From Bacteroidales bacterium UBA6360 (GTDB lineage: Bacteria > Bacteroidota > Bacteroidia > Bacteroidales > UBA932): a stretch of 64,000 nt of DNA. The DNA is taken from NCBI GenBank assembly GCA_002440085.1, contig DJRM01000046.1, forward strand, positions 10,934 to 74,933, in the 5' to 3' direction. The translations under genes and the position numbers were made by a program. Shown here in pieces: positions 47,318 through 59,076 of this stretch. Positions within the stretch are counted from its first letter, which is position 1. Each line of letters opens with the position of its first letter. The notes under the pieces are model-generated. The model made no database searches and had not been told where the DNA came from. It saw only the letters and a list, made by a program, of their open reading frames with translations.

Positions 47318-48982
47318 CTATTTGTTGCTCCTCTGATAAAGATACCTCTTGATGCTTCTCTTCGGTGTGCGCTCAAAGTCCTCAGGCATAATTTCCACCG
47401 TCTTGATACGGGCATAGTTGGGAAGTTCGTTGTTGGCTTCCTTGACAAGAGACTCGAGATGGGACTGAAGAGCGTCACCGACAAGGCCGTCAAGTTCCGC
47501 CTGATGCAGATCCGGATACACGAGCGCAGTCAGGCCTCCGTTGTCCTCTATGACGAGCGAATCAACAACATATGCCAGGCTGTTGAGCACGGTCTCGATT
47601 TCCTCGGGATAGATATTCTGCCCCGACGGTCCGAGAATCATGCACTTGGAGCGTCCCTTGAGGAAAAGATACCCCTCGCTGTCAAGCACTCCCATATCTC
47701 CGGTCTTGAACCATCCGTCTTCCGTAAACACGGCGTCCGTCGCCTCCTGATTCTTGTAATATCCGAGGAAAACGTTGTCTCCCTTGACGAGGACTTCGCC
47801 CGGAATATTCTCGGGGTCAGAGGAATCTATCCTTATCGTCATGTTCGGAGCAGCCTTCCCGCATGAATACAGTTTCGTCGTGGACCAGTCGTCGTATGCT
47901 ATGATAGGTCCGCATTCTGTCATTCCGTAGCCGACGGTAAACGGAAAATGTATTTTCTTGAAGAATGCCTCAACATCCCTGTTGAACGCAGCACCGCCGA
48001 TGATGATTTCGTGGAACCTTCCTCCGAATGCCCCCACGAGTTCCGATTTTATCTTATTGAGTATCAATTGGTCTACAATAGGCACGCGCAACATCTGCCG
48101 GATGCCGTTCTTCTCAAGCACAGGGCGCACCTTGCTCTTGTAAATCTTCTCGATGACAAGAGGAACCGAGATCACGAGATCCGGTTTCACCTCCGCAAGT
48201 GCCTCCATAATAATCTTCGGACTCGGAATGCGGGTAAGGAAATGCACGTGCACGCCCTTGTAGAGCTGATAGAGAACCTCGAACATCAGTCCATACATGT
48301 GCGCGGAAGGGAGCATGGCTATGATGTTTGTGGTGTTGTTCATATACGGGCAGGCAATTTCCGCGAACTCAATGTTTGACTGGATGGTTCTGTACGGGAT
48401 CATCACGCCCTTTGAGAATCCCGATGTTCCGGAAGTGTAGTTGATGAGAGCCAATTCATCAGGTTTGTCCTCGTAGTAGTTCATGTCGGACGGGCCGAAT
48501 GATTCGGGATATTTCTCGCCGAAAAGGCTGTTGAGATGTTCGCGGGCGTAGGTAATGTCTTCCGATGAGGAATAGATGAGCTTGAAGGTGTCAACCCTCA
48601 CTATCGCCTGGACGCCCGGCATCTCAGACTCTGAAAGACCCTCCCATACAATCGGATCCACGAAAAGTACCCGAGCCTCGGAATGGTTCACCAGATGGTG
48701 GATGTTGCCGGCCTTAAATTCGTGGAGAATAGGCACGGGGACGGCCCCATAGGTCATTGCCGAAAGAAATGAAACCGCCCAGTTGACCTGATTTCTCGCA
48801 CAGATTGCCACCTTGTCCCCCTTCTGCAGACCGCAGTGCTCGAAAAGGATATGGAGCTTGGCGATTCTCTCGGCAAGATCCCTGTAGAAAATTGTAGTCC
48901 CCTTATAGTTTGAAAGAGCCATGCACTCCCAATTCTCGCGGAAGGCCTGCTCGAACATTTTGTTCACTGATCTGTAAATCAT
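47318..48982 (-). CDS. Long-chain fatty acid--CoA ligase (AMP-binding)
   Basis: YTSGTSGFSKG, GYGMTE and WFKTGD. Confidence 0.9.
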   Translation of the reverse strand: MIYRSVNKMFEQAFRENWECMALSNYKGTTIFYRDLAERIAKLHILFEHCGLQKGDKVAICARNQVNWAVSFLSAMTYGAVPVPILHEFKAGNIHHLVNHSEARVLFVDPIVWEGLSESEMPGVQAIVRVDTFKLIYSSSEDITYAREHLNSLFGEKYPESFGPSDMNYYEDKPDELALINYTSGTSGFSKGVMIPYRTIQSNIEFAEIACPYMNNTTNIIAMLPSAHMYGLMFEVLYQLYKGVHVHFLTRIPSPKIIMEALAEVKPDLVISVPLVIEKIYKSKVRPVLEKNGIRQMLRVPIVDQLILNKIKSELVGAFGGRFHEIIIGGAAFNRDVEAFFKKIHFPFTVGYGMTECGPIIAYDDWSTTKLYSCGKAAPNMTIRIDSSDPENIPGEVLVKGDNVFLGYYKNQEATDAVFTEDGWFKTGDMGVLDSEGYLFLKGRSKCMILGPSGQNIYPEEIETVLNSLAYVVDSLVIEDNGGLTALVYPDLHQAELDGLVGDALQSHLESLVKEANNELPNYARIKTVEIMPEDFERTPKRSIKRYLYQRSNK

Positions 48983-49027
48983 TCTGTATGTCTTTAATTA
49001 AACTTTGCCGACATTGTCTTTCCGGCG

Positions 49028-51238
49028 CTATCTTATTTTAATCTTCTGTGTCTTTCCGTTATAACTCCTTGCCGTGAGCACCCCGTCCTCCGCGACAGTC
49101 ACGTCAGCATCCGGAAGCAGCATCGCGTCTCCGGAGAAATTTGTCAAAGCCTCGCCGCCCATGAACGGGAAAATCAGCGTCTGGCGCGAGGTGCGCACCA
49201 CCCAGAAGGAACTACCGCCCGAAACGACGCGCTCCGGAAGCGAAACAATCGTGTCTTCCGAAGTGATGTCCTTCCAACCGTCCGGAACCTTGCCCTGAAG
49301 GTTGTACATCCTCACGGTGTTGTCATCGTGCAGGACGAGAATGTTGTATTTCCTCGCGCCGCTGAAGTCAAAGACCGCGGGACCGAGCACAATTTTCTTG
49401 CCGAGTTCCAGCGGAAACGGTTTCACGAAGCGTCCGAGACGGTCTATAAGGTATATCTTCGAGCCGGAACCGAAGAGGAACTGAATTTTTCCATTCGCGA
49501 AATAATCAACGTTGGAGACCGTTCCGCACAGTTTCTCGGAGAAAGGCACGGTCCATATTCCCTTTCCGTTCTCATCCCTGAGACTGAGGGTCAGGTTCGC
49601 GTTCTGAACAAAGCTGTTGTTCTTGCCGGTAGCAGAATTTCTGACGGCGAACGGTCCTCCCGGCACGGTTATATGAACGTCACGTTCCGTCTCCGGTGCC
49701 TTTGAACGCTTCATTTCAGCCCGAGCCACACGAAGTTCAAACGTAAGGTCTGATTTCTTTTCTGAAGACAGGCAAAGGAACGCCGGCATTATGTCGCAGT
49801 CTGCAAGCTTGCCGGAAATTTTTGACGATGCCTCGTGGTTGAAGACTGATGTCGGAGCCGAAGCGTCTTCATCTAAAGAAAGATAGAGGACAGCTGTTCC
49901 GGAGGAGGGAATGGAAGACTTGAGAGAGGCGTCACACAGCTTTGAATAGAGGCTGTACTCACCGGCTCTTCCTGAAGCCCATTCCCCGACGGCGTCACGA
50001 GCCCCGGTCACGAGCCAGCCGCCAGTGCAGAAAGAGCAGCTCTCATCCTCGCGGGCGAAAACATCGCCGAAAAGTGACGCCATATACCCGCCGTATGCAA
50101 ACGACCGGATTTCAGCGGTTTCCTTTATCTTTGAAGAACGAAGAAGATTTACAGTCTGGATTTTTCCGCCGCTCACAAAAGAGACGACGGCAACTTCAGA
50201 CGGACGGAGCGATGACATCCATTCGGAAGGAGAAGTCCCGCAGGCAGAGGCAAGTGCCTTACGTCTATTCTGTACTTCATTGAGTTTCATACGCTTGTCG
50301 AGCCAGCTGTCGTATGCGCTCACATACTCCGAGGCGGACGCCAGAGGAAGAGACAAGGCATACAGCGTGTTCGCCGGAGCAACGGAAAAAACATCGCAGG
50401 AGGCCGACTTCAGAGATGCTGGGACACCGGCAAAGTCCGTAGGCCTGCCCAAGAACACTTTTCCATAAAGTTCAACTCCTGTTTCGTCAAACGACAGCTC
50501 GGCTCCTGCCCAGTCAGAGAAAGACGCAAGAAACTTAAAGTACGGACGACACTCGGAAGACAGCACCGCAGGGAATATGTGCTCGGATTCCGCCATGGAG
50601 ACGAACAGCTCGGACGGAGCCGATATTTTTGACGTCACGGATGCGAAACCGATTGATTCATATATTGAGACGCCGTCATTGAGATGCCTCAGGGAAGAAT
50701 TTATGATGTTGTCTGACGGAGAGACAAGCAGGATTCTCCTGCCGCGAAGTTCCTGTGCAACGGAGAGAATCTTCGAACAGTCGCAGTCATTGAACGAAAG
50801 TCCCGCACCGGAGGCGAGTGAAGAAAGCAGGATTGCCTCATCGTCAAAGCCTGTATCCCCAGCCCTGCCGGCGTCAAAGATGTAGAGAGGAACCAAGTTC
50901 TGGGAATAAAGGAATGAGACGACTACCGCGCGCTTCGACAATTCCGAAAACTTTCCTGCAGCCACGGCATCCGCAACAGCCTTCCCGAAGCCTCCGCGTC
51001 CCTTTGCCGGAGGAGTGTCAAGCGCAAGTATCCTTTCCGAAGCCGTTCTGAGATCCGAAAACTTCCCCACAGCCACGGCATTGGACGGCACGGCACAGAA
51101 CAAAGCCTCGGATTTCTTCACCGGGATGGCTCCGTCAGAGGAATCGCTTCCGCCGTACAGCAGGACAATCAGTACGGCCACGCCAGCAATCATAGCCGCC
51201 AGTACCGAAAGCCCGACAACAATAGCCTTTTTGTTCAT
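49028..51238 (-). CDS. Hypothetical protein with an N-terminal membrane anchor and a possible C-terminal beta-propeller
   Basis: 736-aa ORF; VDYFANGKIQFLF and IYLIDRLGRFVKPFP in the C-terminal region. Confidence 0.7.
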   Translation of the reverse strand: MNKKAIVVGLSVLAAMIAGVAVLIVLLYGGSDSSDGAIPVKKSEALFCAVPSNAVAVGKFSDLRTASERILALDTPPAKGRGGFGKAVADAVAAGKFSELSKRAVVVSFLYSQNLVPLYIFDAGRAGDTGFDDEAILLSSLASGAGLSFNDCDCSKILSVAQELRGRRILLVSPSDNIINSSLRHLNDGVSIYESIGFASVTSKISAPSELFVSMAESEHIFPAVLSSECRPYFKFLASFSDWAGAELSFDETGVELYGKVFLGRPTDFAGVPASLKSASCDVFSVAPANTLYALSLPLASASEYVSAYDSWLDKRMKLNEVQNRRKALASACGTSPSEWMSSLRPSEVAVVSFVSGGKIQTVNLLRSSKIKETAEIRSFAYGGYMASLFGDVFAREDESCSFCTGGWLVTGARDAVGEWASGRAGEYSLYSKLCDASLKSSIPSSGTAVLYLSLDEDASAPTSVFNHEASSKISGKLADCDIMPAFLCLSSEKKSDLTFELRVARAEMKRSKAPETERDVHITVPGGPFAVRNSATGKNNSFVQNANLTLSLRDENGKGIWTVPFSEKLCGTVSNVDYFANGKIQFLFGSGSKIYLIDRLGRFVKPFPLELGKKIVLGPAVFDFSGARKYNILVLHDDNTVRMYNLQGKVPDGWKDITSEDTIVSLPERVVSGGSSFWVVRTSRQTLIFPFMGGEALTNFSGDAMLLPDADVTVAEDGVLTARSYNGKTQKIKIR

Positions 51239-51248
51239 AGCGCGAAAA

Positions 51249-51626
51249 CTATTCTCTCACGGCGATTGCCTCAATCTCGACTTTCACGCCGAGAGGAAGA
51301 GCCGCCGCCTGGAAACAGGCGCGCGCAGGCATCTTTCCCGTAAAGTATTCTGCATAAACGGCATTCATTGCCTTGAAGTCCGCGATGTCGGCAAGAAGAA
51401 CGGTGGTTTTCACGACATCCGTATATGACAGTCCGGCTTCACGCAGGATCGCTCCGACATTCTTCAGCGCCTGCCTGGACTGCGCCTCAATGGTCTCAGG
51501 AACACTCCCGTCCGCAGGATTCACCGGAATCTGCCCGGAAACCCAGATTGTTCCGTTCACCTCAACTGCCTGAGAATAAGGACCGACTGCCTTGGGAGCA
51601 TTCTCCGTTGCTATAATCTTTTTCAT
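51249..51626 (-). CDS. ridA: RidA/YjgF family deaminase
   Basis: APKAVGPYSQA, SGQIP, PAR and LP.GVKVEIE. Confidence 0.92.
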   Translation of the reverse strand: MKKIIATENAPKAVGPYSQAVEVNGTIWVSGQIPVNPADGSVPETIEAQSRQALKNVGAILREAGLSYTDVVKTTVLLADIADFKAMNAVYAEYFTGKMPARACFQAAALPLGVKVEIEAIAVRE

Positions 51627-51663
51627 CGCTTCAAAAATTTACGTTCAGAAGTGCAAAGGTACG

Positions 51664-51700
51664 AAAAAAGGATGACTTGCTGCCAAATCATCCTTTTTTT
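51664..51700 (-). terminator. Terminator after tRNA-Arg
   Basis: AAAAAAGGATGA-loop-TCATCCTTTTTTT. Confidence 0.75.
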
Positions 51701-51702
51701 CG

Positions 51703-51774
51703 TAGTCCCGAGCAGAATCGAACTGCTATCTAAAGTTTAGGAAACTTCCATTCTATCCGTTGAACTACGGGACC
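51703..51774 (-). tRNA. tRNA-Arg (anticodon CCT)
   Basis: GGTCCCGTAGTTCAACGGATAGAATGGAAGTTTCCTAAACTTTAGATAGCAGTTCGATTCTGCTCGGGACTA folds as a cloverleaf; the anticodon loop is TT-CCT-AA. Confidence 0.93.
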
Positions 51775-51791
51775 ATCAAAAGAAGAGGGGA

Positions 51792-51974
51792 TTACTCGCC
51801 CTTCTTCTCTATAATCTGACGACCACGATAGTAGCCGCACTCTGGACATACTCTGTGGAACATTATGGTTGCACCGCAGTTTGAGCAGGTTGCAAGTGTA
51901 GGGACCACAGCTACATCGTGAGTTCTTCTCTTGTCACGCCTCTGTTTTGAGGCCTTTCGTTTCGGATGTGCCAT
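51792..51974 (-). CDS. rpmF: 50S ribosomal protein L32
   Basis: MAHPKRK.SK.RRDKRRTH and CxxC...HRVCPECGYY. Confidence 0.97.
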   Translation of the reverse strand: MAHPKRKASKQRRDKRRTHDVAVVPTLATCSNCGATIMFHRVCPECGYYRGRQIIEKKGE

Positions 51975-52010
51975 ATTATTATACTTTTAATTATTTTATT
52001 ATCAAACCTT

Positions 52011-52550
52011 TTATTCCTTGCCGAACATACCCTTCAATGCGGCGAACGGGCTGGAAGAGCCGTCGTCCGAAGATGTCTGCGGAGCACCGCTGTCATTTCC
52101 GAAGCCGCAGAGATGTTTCAAAGCCTCGGGGTTGCACCCGCCCTCTTCGTGGTGACGCTGGAGCGGCAGACTCAGGCAGACATAGTCGTATGCCGTCTGG
52201 CTGAGATCGAGCTCCGCGTTGTCCTGTGAAAGATAGAGCACTTCCCGTCCCCCGTCCTGCTGTTCCTGTGTCTTGCCCTCACCGAACTTCACCTCAAGAA
52301 GCACGGTGCGGCTGACCGGAAGGACAAGGTCTTCGAGACATCTGTCACATTCAACCGTCACGTTTCCTTCAAGCGTCATGTCAATCCCGATGTAGCTGCC
52401 GCTCTTGTCGACAGTCACCGTCGTCCGGACATCCGCATCAAGGATTTCCGCATTGCCATATTCAACAAAGAACTCTTTGCGCAGCTTTCCTTCAAACACC
52501 GTCTTTCCGGAAGGCAATCCATTCAGAGCTATAAGTAAAAAATTCTCCAT
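52011..52550 (-). CDS. YceD/DUF177 family protein
   Basis: ECDRCLE and LSLPL; lies upstream of rpmF. Confidence 0.88.
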   Translation of the reverse strand: MENFLLIALNGLPSGKTVFEGKLRKEFFVEYGNAEILDADVRTTVTVDKSGSYIGIDMTLEGNVTVECDRCLEDLVLPVSRTVLLEVKFGEGKTQEQQDGGREVLYLSQDNAELDLSQTAYDYVCLSLPLQRHHEEGGCNPEALKHLCGFGNDSGAPQTSSDDGSSSPFAALKGMFGKE

Positions 52551-52638
52551 AGACACCAAAATAGATTTGAGCCGACAAAGATAGAAATAATTTTTGCTAA
52601 AATCAATTCTATCCGTCAGTTTTTGTCTTCACAGGCAA

Positions 52639-54450
<1,812 letters not shown>

Positions 54451-54534
54451 ATGTTATCTGCTATAATTTTCGGGCTGCAAAGGTATAAAAAAAAAGGAAT
54501 ATAGACCGAAAAGAATGAAAAAGATGGAAAGAAA

Positions 54535-54566
54535 AAGGAGACGGACCTCCAATGATCCGTCTCCTT
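54535..54566 (-). terminator. Terminator after tRNA-Leu
   Basis: AAGGAGACGGA-loop-TCCGTCTCCTT with a T run on the minus strand. Confidence 0.7.
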
Positions 54567-54572
54567 GTCCAG

Positions 54573-54656
54573 TGCGCGAGACCAGAGTCGAACTGGCACG
54601 CCATTGCTGGCACTACCTTCTGAGAGTAGCGCGTCTACCAATTTCGCCACCCGCGC
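54573..54656 (-). tRNA. tRNA-Leu (anticodon CAG)
   Basis: GCGCGGGTGGCGAAATTGGTAGACGCGCTACTCTCAGAAGGTAG...GTTCGACTC...CTCGCGCA with a long variable arm; its own TAACTTTG motif at 54670-54677. Confidence 0.93.
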
Positions 54657-54760
54657 TCAGAATGGAGTGCAAAGTTACAAAAACTTTTCATATTCCGAAC
54701 CAATGGAGCGAAATAAAGACAAAATATTTTGATGGACACGCCTTTCGAGACTATCCGCCT

Positions 54761-55600
54761 TCAGAATTCGATGTCGACATCATAACTATGTTCCCAGGCG
54801 CCAACGGCTATGTTGAGCTTCGTGCAGGCATAATCTATCCTCACGACTATGTCCTGAAGGTCAGCCGCCGTCCAGTCATAGCCGCATTGGTTGATGTAGT
54901 TTCCGAGGGCGAAGGTCTTCAGTGAGGTAAAGTCCTCCATCACAGACAACCTGAGTGAAGAATCAGTCTGACGCGGAAGTGAGAGTTCACGGACAAGCTC
55001 AGCTCCGGAGTTGCCGCCGGAAGCCGCATCCGCAGAGGGCACGAGATAATGGCTGAACACACCACGACGCGGACTTCCGTCGATGCGGTATCCGTCTATG
55101 TTCCCGCAGACATTAAGTTCAAACGGCCAGTCCATGTCGCTCTCGTCCATCATTACCGTCAGCCGGCAATAATTCTTGGCAAGCCGGACTGTCTCGGTGC
55201 AGGTCTCGCAGTCTGTGTCAACGGAGGAAGAGAACATCCGCACATACGGGCAGTCGTCGCCCAAAGGTATCACGAGTCCGTCGTTCCCCACAAAACCCGA
55301 GGCTTCCTCCGACCACAGATTGACCTGCACACCGGTCCGCGGAACCCGCAATTCATACGCCCCGCCAATCTCGCCGAGGACAAGTGTGTCGGTATACGAA
55401 AAGCCACCTTCATCCCGGACAGACAGAATCGCGCGGTCTTCTGTTCCGGACACGTCATCCTCCGGAAACTCAAGTCGGAGCAGGCACGGGCAATCACTCC
55501 TGTTTTCCTTTATCGAACAGGACAGAAGCAGTAATGCGGCCGACACTGCAGCGGCCAGCCGCTTTACTGTACCTGAATTCAATGCGGACAACGTAATCAT
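54761..55600 (-). CDS. FimB/Mfa2-like pilus anchor lipoprotein
   Basis: LLS-CSIKENRSDCPC N-terminus and C-terminal GYDWTAADLQDI...IAVGAW. Confidence 0.7.
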   Translation of the reverse strand: MITLSALNSGTVKRLAAAVSAALLLLSCSIKENRSDCPCLLRLEFPEDDVSGTEDRAILSVRDEGGFSYTDTLVLGEIGGAYELRVPRTGVQVNLWSEEASGFVGNDGLVIPLGDDCPYVRMFSSSVDTDCETCTETVRLAKNYCRLTVMMDESDMDWPFELNVCGNIDGYRIDGSPRRGVFSHYLVPSADAASGGNSGAELVRELSLPRQTDSSLRLSVMEDFTSLKTFALGNYINQCGYDWTAADLQDIVVRIDYACTKLNIAVGAWEHSYDVDIEF

Positions 55601-56592
55601 ATCGTCACGGACTGGACAGTTTCATTCTTCCACGGAGTCACGGTTATTCTGAAACTGGCGCTGCCGATGACAGAGTCGACATCCGGGGTGGCCGCTCCGA
55701 GCCGCGTTATCGTCAGTTCGTTTATGGTATATACCGTATTGCCGTTTATTACCGGAAGAGTTACAGGATAGTAGTAGACATTCCCGCCAATGCCAGCCTC
55801 GACAATGAGCCGCGTGTGACGGGGAACCCATTCTGCGGAAGACGAGTCGGCAGAAACCGGGTTAGGATAGCAGTAGAAATGGTGGGCAGCCGCGTCCGAT
55901 GAGCCGAATGCGATCGGGAGCGAGGTCGTTTTCTCATAATAAAGGCAGTCGGCGGACGCCTCATTCACACCCTTGTTAAGCCAGAGTGAGGGTCCGGAAA
56001 ACTTTGAAAGCAGGGCATCTCCCGCGACATTTATCAGATAGAGGCTCTTCACCTCAATAGGGGATGACTGATATTGGGGCAGTTCCATCCTGTTGGTAAT
56101 CTTTCTGATGACAATCTTTGCGGCAAATCTGTGAACCTCGATGGTCACTGCGACGCTTGCGGCATTGACCGAAACCGCCGTCTGACCGTACATCACGAAA
56201 GCCTTTCGGCCGTTGTCCGAAAGCAGGGTGGTCATGCCGCGCAGTTCCTCAAGCGTCTTCACACCTCCGGCTTCCGGGGCGTTCACGAGCGCGGCAACAG
56301 TTTTCTTGCCTTTGGTGCAGGACAAGTCGAGACTGCCCGTCGTCCCGGTCTTGTATGCTTCCAGAACGCCTGAGGCATTGAACACGAAAACCTGTACGGA
56401 CGACAGTGTCTTCTCGTCTGCCTCCGAGCCCGTACCCGAAGCTTTCGTCTGCGTTTCAAGAGGTATGTTGACAAGGAGCTCCGCCATTTCCTGCGGCTGA
56501 ATCTCTTCGGGGTCATGTACTTCGACGGACTTGCAGCACGCCGTCATGAGAGTTGCGGCAACAGCCGCGGAAAATATAATCTGTGATTTCAT
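55597..56592 (-). CDS. FimA/Mfa-like pilin lipoprotein
   Basis: TA-CCK lipobox, TKA, SVQVFVFN..G.LE, ALVNAP, RFAAKI and C-terminal NTVY.I...ITVTPW. Confidence 0.78.
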   Translation of the reverse strand: MKSQIIFSAAVAATLMTACCKSVEVHDPEEIQPQEMAELLVNIPLETQTKASGTGSEADEKTLSSVQVFVFNASGVLEAYKTGTTGSLDLSCTKGKKTVAALVNAPEAGGVKTLEELRGMTTLLSDNGRKAFVMYGQTAVSVNAASVAVTIEVHRFAAKIVIRKITNRMELPQYQSSPIEVKSLYLINVAGDALLSKFSGPSLWLNKGVNEASADCLYYEKTTSLPIAFGSSDAAAHHFYCYPNPVSADSSSAEWVPRHTRLIVEAGIGGNVYYYPVTLPVINGNTVYTINELTITRLGAATPDVDSVIGSASFRITVTPWKNETVQSVTI

Positions 56593-56602
56593 AGACTTTT
56601 AA

Positions 56603-58483
56603 TTATTTTGTTTTGACATTTTTCAGAACCTGTTCCATTTCCGGATCAAGATTGGCCCGGTAACGCATTGACGGATCCAGTTCAAGGGCGGCCGCAAATT
56701 TGCGGCGAGCTTCTTCCCGCATTCCGAGGCGGGACAAGACCAGAGCCTTGAGATAGCACATTTTGGCGGAATTGTCCGGAAGATCCTTCAGCACATCCCA
56801 CGAGGAATGGTCGTAGCCGGCAGAGGCGAACGCGAGAGCGGAATTGTAGTCCCTGTATGGACGCAGGAGCCCCACCGCAGACGGATAGTCGAGCTGTTTC
56901 AGAGCCTCTACCCCGCTCATGTAGGCTGTGTCTATTTCCGTAGTGTGCACGGTGTCCTTGACCATACCACGGCGATGCAGGTGAAAGTCGAACCGGACAG
57001 TCCTCAACTTGGGATAGAGACTCTCCCTTACATAGTTGTACTCCGGCATTTTCCTCAGGCGCAGTTCACGGGCATCCGGATCTGAAACCGACAGGATAGT
57101 CTCCCGATAAAAGCGTCTGGAGGGTTCCGAGACAAGGCTGTCCGAATCCATCATGGCTGAGAGCCGTCCCCAATCCTCCGGAAGGCAGGAAGTCCGCAGC
57201 AGCGAGTCTGCCCCGTACTCGAACAGCTCAGCTATGCAGTCACGCACGGCCTCCGACCTTGCCCGCGAAAGAGCCGCATTCGCTTTCCAGCCACCCTCCG
57301 GAGAACATGCCGCCGTGACAACTAATGAGTCAAGTTCCAGTTCATCGCGATCAAACACGTCCCCTATGCATTTGCGAACCCTTGCAAGTTCCTCCGAATT
57401 GCGTCCACGAGAAGTGTCAACATCGGATTTTCCTGCGGCAAAATCTATGAGTGCCAAGGTGTTGTCACGCACGACACGTTCCCGAATCACCATCCTGTAG
57501 TGCGGAGAGTCATCTGCGAGGGACGAGAGTGAGCTTATGTAAAACTCAAGACTGTCGGGAGAAGGAAAATCGCAGATGTATTCGCCGAAGCGCCAGACGC
57601 TGCCTGTCATGTTCACGACCACCTTCTTCAATTTGGGCAAGGAGCGGAAAGACTGGGCATATCGGTAGATGAAATCGCCGTTTGACGCGCGCAGAACCGT
57701 GTCAAGACGGAGGCCAGCCGAATCTATCGGAGACTTCACGTACTTGCGGAACATCTTGTCGCGGTTTCTTTTCTTCCTGTCGTTGATGTAGTGTTTCAGC
57801 GTCTTGGAATAATGGGCCACAGCGTCTCTCTGCGTCACGCCGAACAGATTCTCCGCATCCGGTGCCGGCACCAATGACGAGTCTCTTTTCATTGCATAGG
57901 TCTCTGGATAGTACCTCGCGAGGAACAGTTCAAGCTGACGCATCATCACGAGATCAGTCGTGTCCGTTACAATGGAGGCAAGGAACTCGCGATAGCGCTG
58001 ATAGCCGCGCAGCTGACGGTCACGATAGCCTGCACCGGTGACATTGACCGGTTCCAAAGGACGGTGTTCCCCGGCAATCTCCATAACGGGAGCGAACCTC
58101 AGCTGCCAATCCGAATCCAGCAGCGCGGCCGGAACCATTATGTCAAAGCAGATGCTGACATTTCCGAGCCTTTCAGAAACATGGTTGAAACGCGCCACCA
58201 CCTTTGATGCCGAGAGGATGTCGGTCGCGACCATCTCGCCAGTTTCGTCATCCCGTATCGCATTCATTATCAATGGCTCTCCCGGTTCCCTTTCTGCGTC
58301 CACGGGAACCTGAGGCTCAGGCTCTTCAGAAAGATCGGCCGGACTGTCAGGAATGCCGATGTCAGCCACCACGCCTTTTTCAAACAGCGTCCGTGCCTTA
58401 TGCGCAGGAGAGCAGGATGGATAAAGAGCGGCAGAGGCCAAGAGCACAACTGCGTACAGTCCGCCCAAGCATATCTTCTTCAT
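56603..58483 (-). CDS. Pilus-locus lipoprotein with an OmpA-like domain and a C-terminal TPR-like region
   Basis: YPS-C lipobox, DFAAGKSDVD, ACSPEG..AN..LS..R, EDW, YPKLR.VRFDF and YLKALVLSRLG...RANLDPE. Confidence 0.68.
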   Translation of the reverse strand: MKKICLGGLYAVVLLASAALYPSCSPAHKARTLFEKGVVADIGIPDSPADLSEEPEPQVPVDAEREPGEPLIMNAIRDDETGEMVATDILSASKVVARFNHVSERLGNVSICFDIMVPAALLDSDWQLRFAPVMEIAGEHRPLEPVNVTGAGYRDRQLRGYQRYREFLASIVTDTTDLVMMRQLELFLARYYPETYAMKRDSSLVPAPDAENLFGVTQRDAVAHYSKTLKHYINDRKKRNRDKMFRKYVKSPIDSAGLRLDTVLRASNGDFIYRYAQSFRSLPKLKKVVVNMTGSVWRFGEYICDFPSPDSLEFYISSLSSLADDSPHYRMVIRERVVRDNTLALIDFAAGKSDVDTSRGRNSEELARVRKCIGDVFDRDELELDSLVVTAACSPEGGWKANAALSRARSEAVRDCIAELFEYGADSLLRTSCLPEDWGRLSAMMDSDSLVSEPSRRFYRETILSVSDPDARELRLRKMPEYNYVRESLYPKLRTVRFDFHLHRRGMVKDTVHTTEIDTAYMSGVEALKQLDYPSAVGLLRPYRDYNSALAFASAGYDHSSWDVLKDLPDNSAKMCYLKALVLSRLGMREEARRKFAAALELDPSMRYRANLDPEMEQVLKNVKTK

Positions 58484-58496
58484 ATTCAGGCATTCT

Positions 58497-59069
58497 TCAG
58501 AACACATACACAAGCGCTATCATGACGTCATCCGGAAGTATGAACGTCTTGCTCCCTTCCCCGACGGTGATTCCGCAGACAGGGCAGGAATAGCTTCGGT
58601 AGGAGCCTCCTCCGCCCCACATCCCGAGACCGAACTCAAGGTTGAAATGGGGAAAGAGCATGTAGGAATATCCGGCGTACATCCCGATCCCGTAGCGGTT
58701 GCCCTCCTCGGAGCCGTCAGAGAACAGCCCTCCGGAGCTGTATTCCTGAAAACGGAGCTTGCTTCCGAACCACCAGCCTGTGTTTATGTGCCACAGCCAG
58801 TAGCGTGCGCCTACAGAATACGACTGCTGACGGTTGTAGAACACGCCGCGTCTTCCGGACTCGAAGCTGAACGGATTGTAGCGGACTCCAGCGCCGACAG
58901 ACCAGTTCCTCGCCACTCCACAGGAGAGATCCAGATTGAGCGTGCCGAGATTGGCGTATTCCATGAGATTCGTTGATATGTTGAAGCGCTGTGCCATGGC
59001 ACCTGTCACCGTGACCGTCGTCAGAAATGCCGCTGCCACGGCACAGCGCAGAAATTTGCAGTACCTCAT
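58497..59069 (-). CDS. DUF3575-type outer-membrane beta-barrel protein
   Basis: ISTNL...ANLGTLN, YNPF, GARYW, FNLEFGLG and a terminal VYVF. Confidence 0.8.
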   Translation of the reverse strand: MRYCKFLRCAVAAAFLTTVTVTGAMAQRFNISTNLMEYANLGTLNLDLSCGVARNWSVGAGVRYNPFSFESGRRGVFYNRQQSYSVGARYWLWHINTGWWFGSKLRFQEYSSGGLFSDGSEEGNRYGIGMYAGYSYMLFPHFNLEFGLGMWGGGGSYRSYSCPVCGITVGEGSKTFILPDDVMIALVYVF

Positions 59070-59076
59070 GACCGGG